Assembly: GCA_035550135.1 (NCBI GenBank)
Contig: DASZQB010000107.1
Coordinates: forward strand, 12,064 to 76,063
Source of the DNA: Verrucomicrobiales bacterium
GTDB lineage: Bacteria; Verrucomicrobiota; Verrucomicrobiia; Verrucomicrobiales; V1-33
Direction of reading: 5' to 3'
DNA length: 64,000 bases
Both the position numbers and the translations under genes were made by a program. A model generated the notes under the pieces. That model had not been told where the DNA came from. It saw nothing but the letters and a program-made list of their open reading frames with translations, and did no database searches. Below, one piece after another: positions 44,458-55,300 of this stretch. Every line of letters starts with the position of its first letter. The first letter of the stretch is position 1.

Positions 44458-44553
44458 GGACCGCAGCGCGGTCCACTGTGAATAGCCCGGCGTGAAGCGC
44501 AGCGAACGCCGGGTTAAACACCTGGAAACGCATCCACCACAGCGTGGTGGCCC
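44458..44553 (+). repeat. dispersed three-hairpin repeat element, copy B
   Basis: GGACCGC-AGC-GCGGTCC (44458-44474). CCCGGCG...CGCCGGG (44486-44492 / 44507-44513). CCACCAC-AGC-GTGGTGG (44534-44550). Shares CTGTGAATAGCC and the 3' hairpin exactly with copy A. Confidence 0.6.
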
Positions 44554-44635
44554 TGACACATGGGCAATCCCGCAGCCAGTCTACGCCGTTGGGATGGATG
44601 CTTTCAGAGTGCCTGCCTGTTGTCCCCGGCCTTGC

Positions 44636-45037
44636 CTACAAAGACTTCGCCTCCAGCATCCCTTTCAACAAATGCCGGTGACAGTGCTTCTCATCACTCG
44701 CACAATTGCACAAAAGAGTTACCTGCTGGCTCCCCGCAAGGCGCTTCAGCAACCGAAGCGTAAACTTCTGACCGCTATTCCGAATGCGTGGGTTATTCGC
44801 CTCCTTGGCATCCTGCCCCATTTGCTCAGCTCTGTAACGGCGTGAGAATTCATCCCACGTGATTTTACCTCCGAGAAACGCCTTCAGCAGTCGTTCGCTC
44901 GGGCCCAGATTTGCCATCCAAATGTCGTAATCTTTTTTGGGACAGCCGCGCGGAATATACCGCGTCGCCAGAATGCGCAGCCCATCCTCCCGGGAATCGA
45001 ATTTATCCCAAACGCATTTGGTTTTGATGGCGGGCAT
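44636..45037 (-). CDS. DUF488-family protein
   Basis: The ATG at 45037 gives MPAIKTKCVWDKFDSREDGLRILATRYIPRGCPKKDYDIWMANLGPSERLLKAF...VTLLCNCASDEKHCHRHLL, which matches the DUF488 pattern from memory. Confidence 0.75.
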   Translation of the reverse strand: MPAIKTKCVWDKFDSREDGLRILATRYIPRGCPKKDYDIWMANLGPSERLLKAFLGGKITWDEFSRRYRAEQMGQDAKEANNPRIRNSGQKFTLRLLKRLAGSQQVTLLCNCASDEKHCHRHLLKGMLEAKSL

Positions 45038-45247
45038 ATCAGACTCTACCGGCTCCGGCGGATCTGGCAACCTCCGCCCTCCATTGTTGTGGCGCGGTTT
45101 GTGCAAATCGGCGGATGAACTATGCCGCTCTCCCCCGCCTCCTCTTCACGCCCGGGCGCGATTCGACGTCCGGAGCAGAGCCGCGCATTTCCTTTGACGC
45201 ACGCCCCCGGGTCCGTCTCGTGCTCCCCGGGTTCAACCCCGGCCATT

Positions 45248-46663
45248 ATGTCCGACGTCAAAACATCGAAGGCAAACATCCGCGTGGAGCGCGATTCATT
45301 CGGAGAAATCGAGTGTCCCGCCGACAAATACTGGGGAGCGCAAACGCAGCGTTCGTTGGAAAATTTTAAGATCGGAGGCGAACGTATGCCGCTTCCCCTC
45401 ATTCGAGCCCTCGCGCTCGTGAAGAAAGCAGCAGCGCTAACAAACATCCAGCTCGGCTCCCTCGACACCCGCATCGGGAACGCCATCATCCAAGCGGCGG
45501 GTGAAGTGCTCACCGGTTCCATCGGCTGCGAACATTTCCCCCTCGTCGTATGGCAGACCGGCTCCGGCACGCAGACGAACATGAACATGAACGAGGTGCT
45601 TTCCAATCGCGCCATCGAAATCCTCGGCGGCGCGATGGGAAGCAAAACCCCGGTGCACCCTAACGATCACGTCAATTGCGGTCAGTCCTCCAACGACACC
45701 TTTCCCGCCGCGATGCACGTCGCCGCCGTGCTCGGGATCGAACGCCATCTGCTGCCCGCGCTGCACCGGTTGCACGAGGCGCTGAAAACAAAGGAGCATG
45801 AATTTGCGGACATCGTCAAAATTGGCCGCACCCATCTGCAGGACGCCACGCCTCTCACGCTCGGACAGGAGTTCTCCGGCTATCGCACGCAGATTGGTTA
45901 TGGCATCGAGCGCGTGCGCGCGTGTTTTCCCGCCCTCCTGCGTCTGGCTCAAGGCGGCACCGCCGTCGGAACGGGCATCAATACGAAAAAGGAATTCCCG
46001 GAAAAGTTCGCGACGAATTTGGCGGAAATGACAGACCTCCCGTTTGTCACCGCGGACAACAAATTCGAGGCCCTCGCCGCGCATGATTCCATCGTTGAAT
46101 GTTCCGGCGCACTCAATGTGCTGGCGGTGAGTCTCATGAAGATCGCTAACGATATCCGGCTCCTCGGCTCCGGTCCGCGCTGTGGTTTTGGAGAACTCAG
46201 TCTTCCGGAAAACGAACCAGGCTCATCCATCATGCCTGGAAAGGTCAATCCCACCCAGGCGGAGGCGCTCACCATGGTTTGCGCTCAGGTCTTCGGGAAT
46301 CACACCGCTATCACTTTCGCCGGCGCCAGCGGGCATCTCGAACTGAATGTGTTCAAGCCGGTGATGATCTATAACCTCCTGCAATCCATCGATCTTCTTG
46401 CCGGCGCCGCACACAGTTTTGCTGAGCACTGTGTGGACGGCATCACCGCAAACGCCGATCACATCGCAAAACTCCGGAACGAAAGCCTCATGCTCGTCAC
46501 CGCACTGAATCCGCACATCGGCTACGACAACGCTGCCCGCATCGCAAAGAAGGCGCATCACGAAGGCACTTCATTGAAGCAGGCCGGAATCGAACTCGGC
46601 CTCCTCACTTCCGATCAGTTCGACCAGTGGGTGCGCCCGGAAAAAATGATTTTCCCCGACTAA
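45248..46663 (+). CDS. fumC: class II fumarate hydratase
   Basis: [13 protein letters not shown] and the [13 protein letters not shown] signature. The ATG at 45248 ([21 protein letters not shown]) gives a typical ~471-aa length. Confidence 0.95.
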   Translation: MSDVKTSKANIRVERDSFGEIECPADKYWGAQTQRSLENFKIGGERMPLPLIRALALVKKAAALTNIQLGSLDTRIGNAIIQAAGEVLTGSIGCEHFPLVVWQTGSGTQTNMNMNEVLSNRAIEILGGAMGSKTPVHPNDHVNCGQSSNDTFPAAMHVAAVLGIERHLLPALHRLHEALKTKEHEFADIVKIGRTHLQDATPLTLGQEFSGYRTQIGYGIERVRACFPALLRLAQGGTAVGTGINTKKEFPEKFATNLAEMTDLPFVTADNKFEALAAHDSIVECSGALNVLAVSLMKIANDIRLLGSGPRCGFGELSLPENEPGSSIMPGKVNPTQAEALTMVCAQVFGNHTAITFAGASGHLELNVFKPVMIYNLLQSIDLLAGAAHSFAEHCVDGITANADHIAKLRNESLMLVTALNPHIGYDNAARIAKKAHHEGTSLKQAGIELGLLTSDQFDQWVRPEKMIFPD

Positions 46664-46679
46664 CAAACACCGCAAAGCC

Positions 46680-46928
46680 ATGCACTCAGAACAGCAATTC
46701 ACCGTAACCTCCCCGGATACCGAACCCTCCATCTGCCTTGATCTGATGAAGGGCCGCCTGCACTTCGAACTCGCGCCTAACACCTCCCCGGAACGGGCGC
46801 AGGAAATCGCGGATTATCTGAACCTCGTCATCCAGGACGTCAGCTTCTCCAGAACCGAAAGCATCGTCCCGGACCTCGAAAGGCTGAATGAAGAGCAGCC
46901 CATATCAGAAGCGGTGACGCACGTTTAA
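46680..46928 (+). CDS. small hypothetical protein (82 aa)
   Basis: A clean ORF 16 nt after fumC with non-repetitive acidic sequence. No family recognised. Confidence 0.45.
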   Translation: MHSEQQFTVTSPDTEPSICLDLMKGRLHFELAPNTSPERAQEIADYLNLVIQDVSFSRTESIVPDLERLNEEQPISEAVTHV

Positions 46929-47331
46929 TTCACGTCCGTCGCCGCACGCGCTCAAAAGCGTAAATCCGGCGAGCGACGAGGACGGAGGACAGTTCCGGAA
47001 TGGCGGAGAAATATTCCCGTTCACCCGGTTGGAACGGCGCATTCGTCCTCCCTATGGTCGGAGTAGTGATAAAGCGGAAGTTCGAAGGACGGACACGCCC
47101 CGCCCCTTCGTGCGCCTGCGAGCGGAGAGGGAGTAATTTCGCCGAATGCCGCCATTCCGGGGAGAAAACGGCGAAATCAACGAAACAACAGTATCTCGTT
47201 CCAACGGCGTTGATGACTGCAGCGCCGTCGCGGGAAAAACCCGGGCGAATTCCCAGGAGGGTGTCTTCCCGCCTTCGCGGGAGAAAGAACCCCTGCCCTT
47301 CGCCGCTTATCGTTTAATGTTCCTGCAGCAT

Positions 47332-48558
47332 ATGTTGACAACGACCAGAAAGAAAACCGCACTCATTGCATCCGGCTGGGCCGCGTGCACCGCTTTGGCC
47401 TTTTGGGCCGGGACCCATTGGCGTGGAGAAAACTCCGATGCGACAGAAAGGGCGAAACGGGCGGCACTTTTGCAGAGTGGATTAAACACAGGTGAAGCGA
47501 AGGGAAGCGGGCGCATCGGACAGACGCCGGACGGATCCCCGGCCAAAGACGCGGCGGTCATCGGAGCAAAGGCCATCCGCGAGCTGACGCCGGAGCAAAC
47601 CGCCGCGCGGACGAAAGAGATTTTCGCGATGGAGGACATGCAGCAGCGCACCGAGGCGTTTCTGGAAATGTTGAAAGGTCTCCACGGCAATGAGCAAATC
47701 TCAGCCGCCATGGAGGCGATGACCGAAAACGGCTACAACAACCGCGAGCGCGGCCGGGAGTTTTCCATGCTCATGACGCGGTGGGCCAAAGAGGACCCGG
47801 AAACCGCCCTCGCATGGACCCAGAAACACGGAGACTGGCGCAATCGCTGGGGCGCTCAGACGGCACTGGCCGTGTGGAGCCAGAATGACCCTGACAAGGC
47901 TGTCGCGTGGGCCCTGGCGCACCCTAATAAAGACAAGGAGGAGGGGAACCATAACATGGTCGGGGTCATCAACGGCCTAACGAAAACGAATCTCGATCTC
48001 GCGGCGCAACTGGCACAGAACATGGACCGCAGCAATGCCCGCGGAGAGGCCATGGAGCGCGTGCTCGAACAGTTTTTCAAACAACGGGGCCCGGACGCCG
48101 CCAAGGAGATGGTGATGGGTTTACCCGATGGTCCTTACAAAAACGGCGCCCTCGGACGCCTTGCGGACCGGCTGGCCGATTCCGATGCCAAGTCCGCAGC
48201 AGTCTGGGCCGCCGCTCTTCCCGACGGCGAAGCGAAACCTGGTGTCGTCGCACAGGTGGTTGATGAGTGGGCGGGAAAGAATCCCAACGACGCCGGCAAC
48301 TGGCTCAATGCCCTTCCGCAGACGGCAGCCATGGATGAATCCCGGGAACGCTTCGCTTTCAGAGTCCAGGAGAAGGATCCCGAGGCCGCCATCGCGTGGG
48401 CCGGCACCATCACCGACGAAAACCGCCGGAACAAGACCTCCTTCCGGCTGGTCCGGGAATGGATGAGCCGCGAACCGGACAGTGCCAAAGCCTGGGTGCG
48501 GAACAGCCAGTTGCCCGCGGATATGAAGGAGCGGCTCATCAACCGCCGCAGAGGGTGA
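47332..48558 (+). CDS. N-terminally anchored helical-repeat protein, paralog 3 of the 'W..DP..A..W' family
   Basis: The ATG at 47332 (MLTTTRKKTALIASGWAACTALAFWAG; alternative 47317) is preferred over the track start at 47146. Repeats include WAKEDPETALAWTQKH, WSQNDPDKAVAWALAHP and WAGKNPNDAGNWLNALP. Confidence 0.7.
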   Translation: MLTTTRKKTALIASGWAACTALAFWAGTHWRGENSDATERAKRAALLQSGLNTGEAKGSGRIGQTPDGSPAKDAAVIGAKAIRELTPEQTAARTKEIFAMEDMQQRTEAFLEMLKGLHGNEQISAAMEAMTENGYNNRERGREFSMLMTRWAKEDPETALAWTQKHGDWRNRWGAQTALAVWSQNDPDKAVAWALAHPNKDKEEGNHNMVGVINGLTKTNLDLAAQLAQNMDRSNARGEAMERVLEQFFKQRGPDAAKEMVMGLPDGPYKNGALGRLADRLADSDAKSAAVWAAALPDGEAKPGVVAQVVDEWAGKNPNDAGNWLNALPQTAAMDESRERFAFRVQEKDPEAAIAWAGTITDENRRNKTSFRLVREWMSREPDSAKAWVRNSQLPADMKERLINRRRG

Positions 48559-48567
48559 TTTCCCGGT

Positions 48568-49308
48568 TCACGGCTTCCCCGGGCCCGTCAGATTCCAGCT
48601 TTCTTTCCAGTCGTCACCCGTCGGCTGGATTCGGTGATACCAGGATTCCGGCGGCCATTTACTTTCATTCAGGGGTTTGGCAGCAAACAACTGAACATCG
48701 TCGACCGGGACGGCTGCAAAATTCGTCCACTTGTTGTCGAAGATCGTTTGCAGCAGCCGCCTGCTGCAAAGAGTGGTCCCGCGTGATCCGATGGGCTCAT
48801 TCTCCCGGTACGGCAGCAAGTCCGACCCGTCCCAACTGGCCTTAAGCGGGATTCTCTGAACGAACCGGGCATGGCCGGGGGCCTGCCTTGCTTCATGTTC
48901 CAGCACTTCTGAAATGAACTCCATTTTTCCCGCTTCATTTTCCCCCGTGAAGTAGCGCAGAAGGAAGGTGAGCGGCCTGCCGCGCGGCACCATCACATAG
49001 TAATTGCCGGGAAGTGCGGGTACGAGACCCGTGCGCGTGAATTTCACCTCCCGGAAATCCACCCCTTTAAAGGGGTGGCGGCCGATCTCCTCTGCTGCCG
49101 GCTCTGAAACGACCAGCGGCGCGGAACTACTGAAGGCATTCAGGCAATCCCCCCAGGTGCGGCCTTTCGATACCTCCGCGCGCGCCGGACGGGTGGACTC
49201 CATGATAGTTTCGGTCGCCGGTTGAAGATCTGTGATCATAACGGCACCGCGTGCCCCGTGCCGGTGAAGATTAAATATCGGTATTTCCTTCAAACTGGAT
49301 TCAGACAT
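48568..49308 (-). CDS. hypothetical protein; candidate immunity partner of the upstream toxin-like C-terminus
   Basis: The ATG at 49308 (MSESSLKEIPIFNLH...) lies 17 nt after the stop of the 2572-aa gene, on the same strand. The track start at 49344 is a TTG overlapping that gene. No family recognised. The immunity call rests on position only. Confidence 0.55.
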   Translation of the reverse strand: MSESSLKEIPIFNLHRHGARGAVMITDLQPATETIMESTRPARAEVSKGRTWGDCLNAFSSSAPLVVSEPAAEEIGRHPFKGVDFREVKFTRTGLVPALPGNYYVMVPRGRPLTFLLRYFTGENEAGKMEFISEVLEHEARQAPGHARFVQRIPLKASWDGSDLLPYRENEPIGSRGTTLCSRRLLQTIFDNKWTNFAAVPVDDVQLFAAKPLNESKWPPESWYHRIQPTGDDWKESWNLTGPGKP

Positions 49309-49325
49309 GTCAGCGGGGTAACGGC

Positions 49326-52300
49326 TTACGGAGTGAATTCCCAATCGATGGATTTGGCCTCGAAATTCATAGTTTTACCAACCAATTTTTCTTTGAAAGC
49401 CTCGATTTCCGGAAGTGTGGCATTCGGGTTCAGCGCCCTCCATCGTTCCCACTGATAATTGAACGCGTTTCCAGTCTCGCCGAACCCTGTCAGGCCTTTT
49501 CCATTCACGATGTAGTGGAAGTCTGCGGGGAGCCAGCGGCCCGAGTTGGTGCCTTCATGGACATCGATGCCTCTTTTGGCAAAGTACTCCTCCATGTCCT
49601 GGGGATAGTCATGATGCGCCACCGCCGGGCGGGTCTCAGCCCAGTGCGGCTTGTCACCCAGCCTTCTGCCCAGCAGAGCACTGCCTTTCGTCGTACCTGA
49701 CTGTGTTATTCCCATCTTCCAAAGATCCTCCAGGTTCTGTCTTGTGATCCTGCCGTCCGCGATCATCGGGCGCAGTTCGACGAAGAGCGCACTCCGGTAA
49801 TCATGTTTGCGGGTGGCTACGTCGAGGGCGGCTATCATGGCTTCCTTGATCTCCGCTCTGCCGCCGCCCGGGAGCTTCAGAACCAGTTTTTTAATGCGCC
49901 CGGCCTTGAATTGTTTGTGGAGCGTGCGGGCCATGGACCCGCCTTTTACCGTCAGAAGCGTAACAAAGAGGCTTACGGCACCCGCCTTGGCATCACCTTC
50001 GGAGATGGCTTTGGCACCGTCATAGGACATGACCATGACGCCGACGCTCATGTAGTAGATGGACAGTGACTCCGCAAAGGAGCGCCCGAACGCGGAGAAG
50101 GATCCTGAGACGGCGTCTTTCAATCCCTGCTGCCAGAGACGTATAAACTCCTCCTTGCTCGTCGTTCCGTCCGCCATGCGGTTGCCCAGATCCTCCCAGA
50201 AGGAAGGCTCGATGCGGAGAGTCGACCTTACCTTCGCGGGGCTTTTTGCCATCTCCTGCAGTTCCACCAGTGCTTCGGCCAGCCCCTGCACCGCCTTCTC
50301 AAGAGTGGGCAACTCCTTGCGGCTGAGCCACAGAGTAGGGGTCTTATCAGGACGCAGTATCGCATCGTAGCCTGAGATGTAATCCCAGTACCAGTCCCAG
50401 GGATCGCCCCACCAGGCCGTCTCGTTAATCTTGATGGCCAGACCCTGATTTTCGTACCACTCGAGCACCTCCGCTGCGCCTGGACCGTTCAGGAGCCCAA
50501 ACATCATTCTCACGTCCTCGAAGGTGTAGGGGCCGCCGGGGTTGACATACGGATCGTCGGCAGGAGGCGGCTCCTCGGTCGGGGTACTGACGCCGGTCGT
50601 GTGTCGCGACTCCTCCAACATTTGGACGGCGGAAGCTGCCTGCAGCTGTTCCAACTGCAATTTGGTCACCGCCGGATTGAGACAATAATTTGCGGAAAGT
50701 TTGGAATTCGCCGCAAAAATGGACAGTTCGCCCGTTGGCGCAGTGACATAGAGTTGATCGAAGAGAGGATCCACCGGCGGAAGGTCGCCGGTGGGAGAAG
50801 TCTTCAGGATCACCGGCACGCCGTTCATCTTCGGTGTCATGCCGTTCAGGGGGGTAAAAGTCGGGGCGGCGAGCTTGGGCACGGTCAATCTCAGCGCAAA
50901 CGGCGTGGCTTGCGGAGGATCCTCTATGTCCGTTCCCGGGTCAGTGATGACAGTATCGATAACCCTCAGGGCTTCCGATGCCGGCAGCATGGCACCGGAA
51001 TCGACGCAGTTGAAGAGGCGCGTGCTGCCTCCGGTTTCCTGCCAGGTCCCCAGGACCGCCGTGGTCGAGGTGGGCGATCTGATTTCCAGACGGGCTGAAA
51101 GATAACGCGCTGTCGCGGAGGGTGGATCAAGGGTGCGGAGATTGAGACCGTAGGTGGTATTCTGGGCCGTGGTGTACTCAAAATACAGGCCGTCATAGTG
51201 GCCCACGGGTTCCTGCAGCGTGGCGGTGATGCCGCCGCTCAGGGTCACGGAATTCCGCACGCCGTTGGACGGCTCTCCTCCCACGAAGAAAATGCTCACC
51301 GGACTGGGGGGCGGCACGTTCACGGGCTCGTAGCTCACACGGTCCAGCACCACAGTGGCGTCCGCCCGCCCCCGCTTTTCCGCCGCGTTTTTCCGGGTAA
51401 CAAATCCCAGCGACACCGGCTGGGGATCCGTGACCTGAATGGTAAAGGATCCCTGGAACTGACATTCGGAGCGGGATTTTTCCCATGGTGCCTTCAACGC
51501 GCCCCCCTGATTGATGAGCGTCCCGGTCGCCGTCGTCTTGAGGACGCCGTTCACGTAGATGTCCAGCAGGTTGGCCACGGAGGCACTGCCGGTCATCTCC
51601 GCATGAATGTCGCGCGCCTTCGCCGTGTAGCTCACGGTCACCAGCTTCGTGGGCGAGATGGTCGAGGACACGGTGGTGAGCGTCACCGTGGGACTCAGCG
51701 GGGAGTGGGGGATGGACCCCCCCAGATTGGAAAAGACTCCTGTGATCGGGTCTCGGGATATTGCATCAACCCTCACCGGCATCAGAAGCATAGGATTGGT
51801 GTGATCCGCCCACGCCAAAATCACGCCGTTCTGATTGATGTCGGTACAATTGGACAACATCGATGGTCCGGGAACCGTGAGAGATTTACGGATCTTACTA
51901 AACGAGTTGTTTTGATGAACGTCGAAGTCGTCATGGTCATCGGACCAAAAGATGCCCATCCCCTGATTGTTCACCTTGGTCCAGGCCCATGTGAGAAAGC
52001 CCCAGTCCACCCCGCCCTTTCTAGTCGCTTTTTCCCAGGCGGGAGTTTGCAAGGCGTCATTCCATGCATACACGGTAAAGCCCTCCTGTGCGAGCGGGCC
52101 TGACCCATGGATCGCGGGCTTCATGGAATTGATCCATGATCCCGACTCGGGGCCGGAGGCCTTGTCGTGCCATCCGCCGCCGGCGTCGCGGTTCCAAATT
52201 TTCATCACGTCGCCGTCTTCGTCTCTGGTGCGTGACAGAAGCCAGTATTCATCGCTTCGGACCAGTGATACGGGAGCATTCCCCGGTTCCGCCCAGAATC

Positions 52301-55300
52301 CTCCGGTTCCCCAATCGAGTGCGTCAGTGCTGTCTAAAAACACGTCGCCGTTTGCACCGGGGCGCAGCAGCAAAGCCCGCCTGAACTTCGGCGGGAGCTG
52401 TCCTCCTTGTGGCAGGACCACGTCTTTAAAGGTCAGCGATCCAGTTTCCGGGACGAACAGGTAGGCTCCGTCATTCTCCAGATTTTGGTCCCAGTAGTAC
52501 AAATCCAGCAATGCCCGGCCTTCGTCGTCAAAGTCCAGAACCGTACCGGAGTAATGGCCCGTTCCTTCGGCCGTCAGGACTTGCTTCGTTGAGGCAATCC
52601 ATACTTTAAATTTCACGTCATCGGCTCCAGGAGGGTCCGGTACTGAAAACAGCACATCTCCGCGGTTGTTGAGAGCCAGCGGCTTTCCTTCCACGCGGTC
52701 ACCTGAGGCCGTTGTCAGGAACATCGGGACGTAACGGACCGTCGGCGTACGAAAGAATTTGAGTTCCTTGCTGTTCGGAACTGCATCATTGCTGTCCATC
52801 ACGCCATCCCCGTCGAAATCCCTGAGGTGCCCCAGGCCCGCGGCTTCAGAATCACAGCGGCCGTGCCAGCCATACCAGCGGGTTGTCCATTCCGAAGGAT
52901 CCAGGCCCAGACGGATTTCCTCCAAATCGGTGACACCGTCCTCGTCGGTATCGGTCTTCGGCTGCGCGGCATCCGGTTTGCCGGGATCTCCCGCGGCGTT
53001 GAACAGATCCTTCAGTTTATAACCGCTCCCCTCCATTCGACTGTCCGGAGTGACCGTCGCGAAGGAGGTAAACGCGTCATTGGGGCTGAGGTTGATGACG
53101 TAAAGTTCGAACCAGTCTGGCAATCCATCGGGTTGGGGGTCTGAGTCCACCCATTCGTCGCAGCCGGCCTCGATACTGGATCCCGGACGCGGTTCGAGGT
53201 CAAAATCATAACTGCGGGTGCGTTTGGCGCCTGCGGGCCGCTCCACCGCCAGTCCGGTATGAGCGGGATTCGCGCCCCCTAAAAGATGTACCACTTCCGG
53301 CGGCAGGGGCGCGGCAATGTGGATGCCGTCGAAGGCCAGGGTCGGACGGATGCTCACGCCGCCGGGAAGAGTTTGCTGAGAATTATTGCCGGCGGCAGCG
53401 AGGGTTCCCTCCGGGCTGAAAACCTGGGTCAGAGCGGGAGTGTTGAACCATGTGATATTGTTGAAGAATTGGGCATCCCCCGAAGCATAGATTGCGCCCC
53501 CTTCACCGGCGCCTGAGTGATTTCCGGTGAGAGTGCAGTGGACGATAATGCCGTCAGGATAGGAATCGCCCTCCGAACCGCCCACAAAGACTCCGCCACC
53601 GACAGCTCCGGCGGTATTTCCACGAATGGCACAGTTCGCCAGACGCGGGACGCTGGGAACGCCGGCGGGCGTGTTGGGAGGTGAAGTTCCATTGACAGTG
53701 AAAAATCCCGGGCCGACACCCCGGACATAGATCGCGCCGCCTCTCTCCGCAGCCTCATTATCATGGAAGTCACTGCTGAAAACGGAGGGACCGCCGACCG
53801 CTGTGACGAAGAGAGCGCCTCCCTGGGACGACCCATCGAGCGACTCCGCGATATTGCCGGTGAAGCGGCAACCATGAAGATCCGTATTGCAGCCGTTGAG
53901 CACCACTCCACCGCCCTCACTATGGATCGACAATACGGGATGGGCGACATTTTCAGCGAATACGCAGTTGGCGAGGACATTGTCAAAAACACTGACGGGA
54001 ACGGTCGCGTTAGTGTAAAACTCGCCGCTGAAGGTGGAATATCCCGTCAAACTGTTAAGGGACGCACCGCCGCCTGAGCCGGCGGTATTGCGAAAGAAAA
54101 CGCAGCCATTGAGATTCAGGCCCGCCCCAGGGCCGACGCAGTAAACCCCGCCCCCAACGGCGGCGGCATTATAGGCGAAGGTGCAACCGGCAGCGGAAAA
54201 CCGGGCGGTGGAACCGCTGTGGACCGCACCTCCAAGGCTGGTAGCTTCGCAGCCTTGGAACACGCAGTTCGTAAGTTGAAAGCGGCGTCCGGCGGATCCC
54301 GGCGACGATTGATAGGAAATGGCACCCCCGTTTACAGCCTTGCAGCCGGTAAACGTGCAGTCGTAAACCATCAGCCCCTGAGTGTAGCCTTGCCAAAAAA
54401 ACACACCGCCGCTGCCTCCGGCGGGGGCAAGCCCGTGACGGAATTCGATTCCCCGGATGGTCCACTCCGGAGAACCGTAATAGGAGGAACTTGTTAGGAA
54501 CCGCCTCCGCACACCTTTTGCGTCCTCCAGTTCGATCACCACGCTCCCTGGGCCATTGAGGCTCTTGAGCGTAAAGGCAATAGTGCCGGAAACCATGAGG
54601 GACGGCGTTGACAGGTCCCGGTTTAAGTTGCCGGAATAGGTTCCGTCGCGCAGGCAAATGCGATTACGGGTATTCGGAACCAGGAGCTGCAGAGCCCGGC
54701 TTATCGTGCGAACGGGGGAACTTATGTAACCATAGTTGGCGTCGTTGGCGGAGATCCCTGCCGCATCTACAAAAATGCAAACACTGGATTCATAGCCGGG
54801 GTAGCGGGGATCGGAACCGTTGGCGTATTCTTCAATATTGGTAAAGCCGTCCTGATCGGCATCCTTGTCGCCATCCGCTTTGTCGTTCGGATTTAACTGG
54901 TACTTGATCTCCCATGACGAAGGCATGCCATCGCCATCGGTATCGGCAAAGGCAAAGGCTCCCCGCTGGGCGAGTTGAGGCACCGGGAGACGGGGGACAC
55001 CTTCGATATCCGTCGCGGGACGCGGAGGATTCTGATTCGGATTCGGATTGGCTGCAGAGGGCACCGTGGCGTAACGGAGGATCGGGGTTCCGGAAAGGAA
55101 ATTCGGGTTGTTCGCGTCGTTGCCACTACCCGGAAGGATGACAGGCGGAGCCGTGGCGGATTCGACGGTGCAGTAAGCGGCGCTCCACAGCGCCGTTCCG
55201 TTCACCTGACTTTTTACCCCCCCGCTTATCCGGTTGTCCCACAAAATGCAGGAGTTGAGGGTAATCGTTCCGCCGGCATTGCCGTTAAAAAGCCCCCCCG

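Noticed and set aside
44486-44520. attC-like integron recombination site in repeat copy B (contains GTTAAAC)
   Set aside because: Copy A lacks the GTTRRRY core at the equivalent position. There is no integron integrase or cassette structure nearby.
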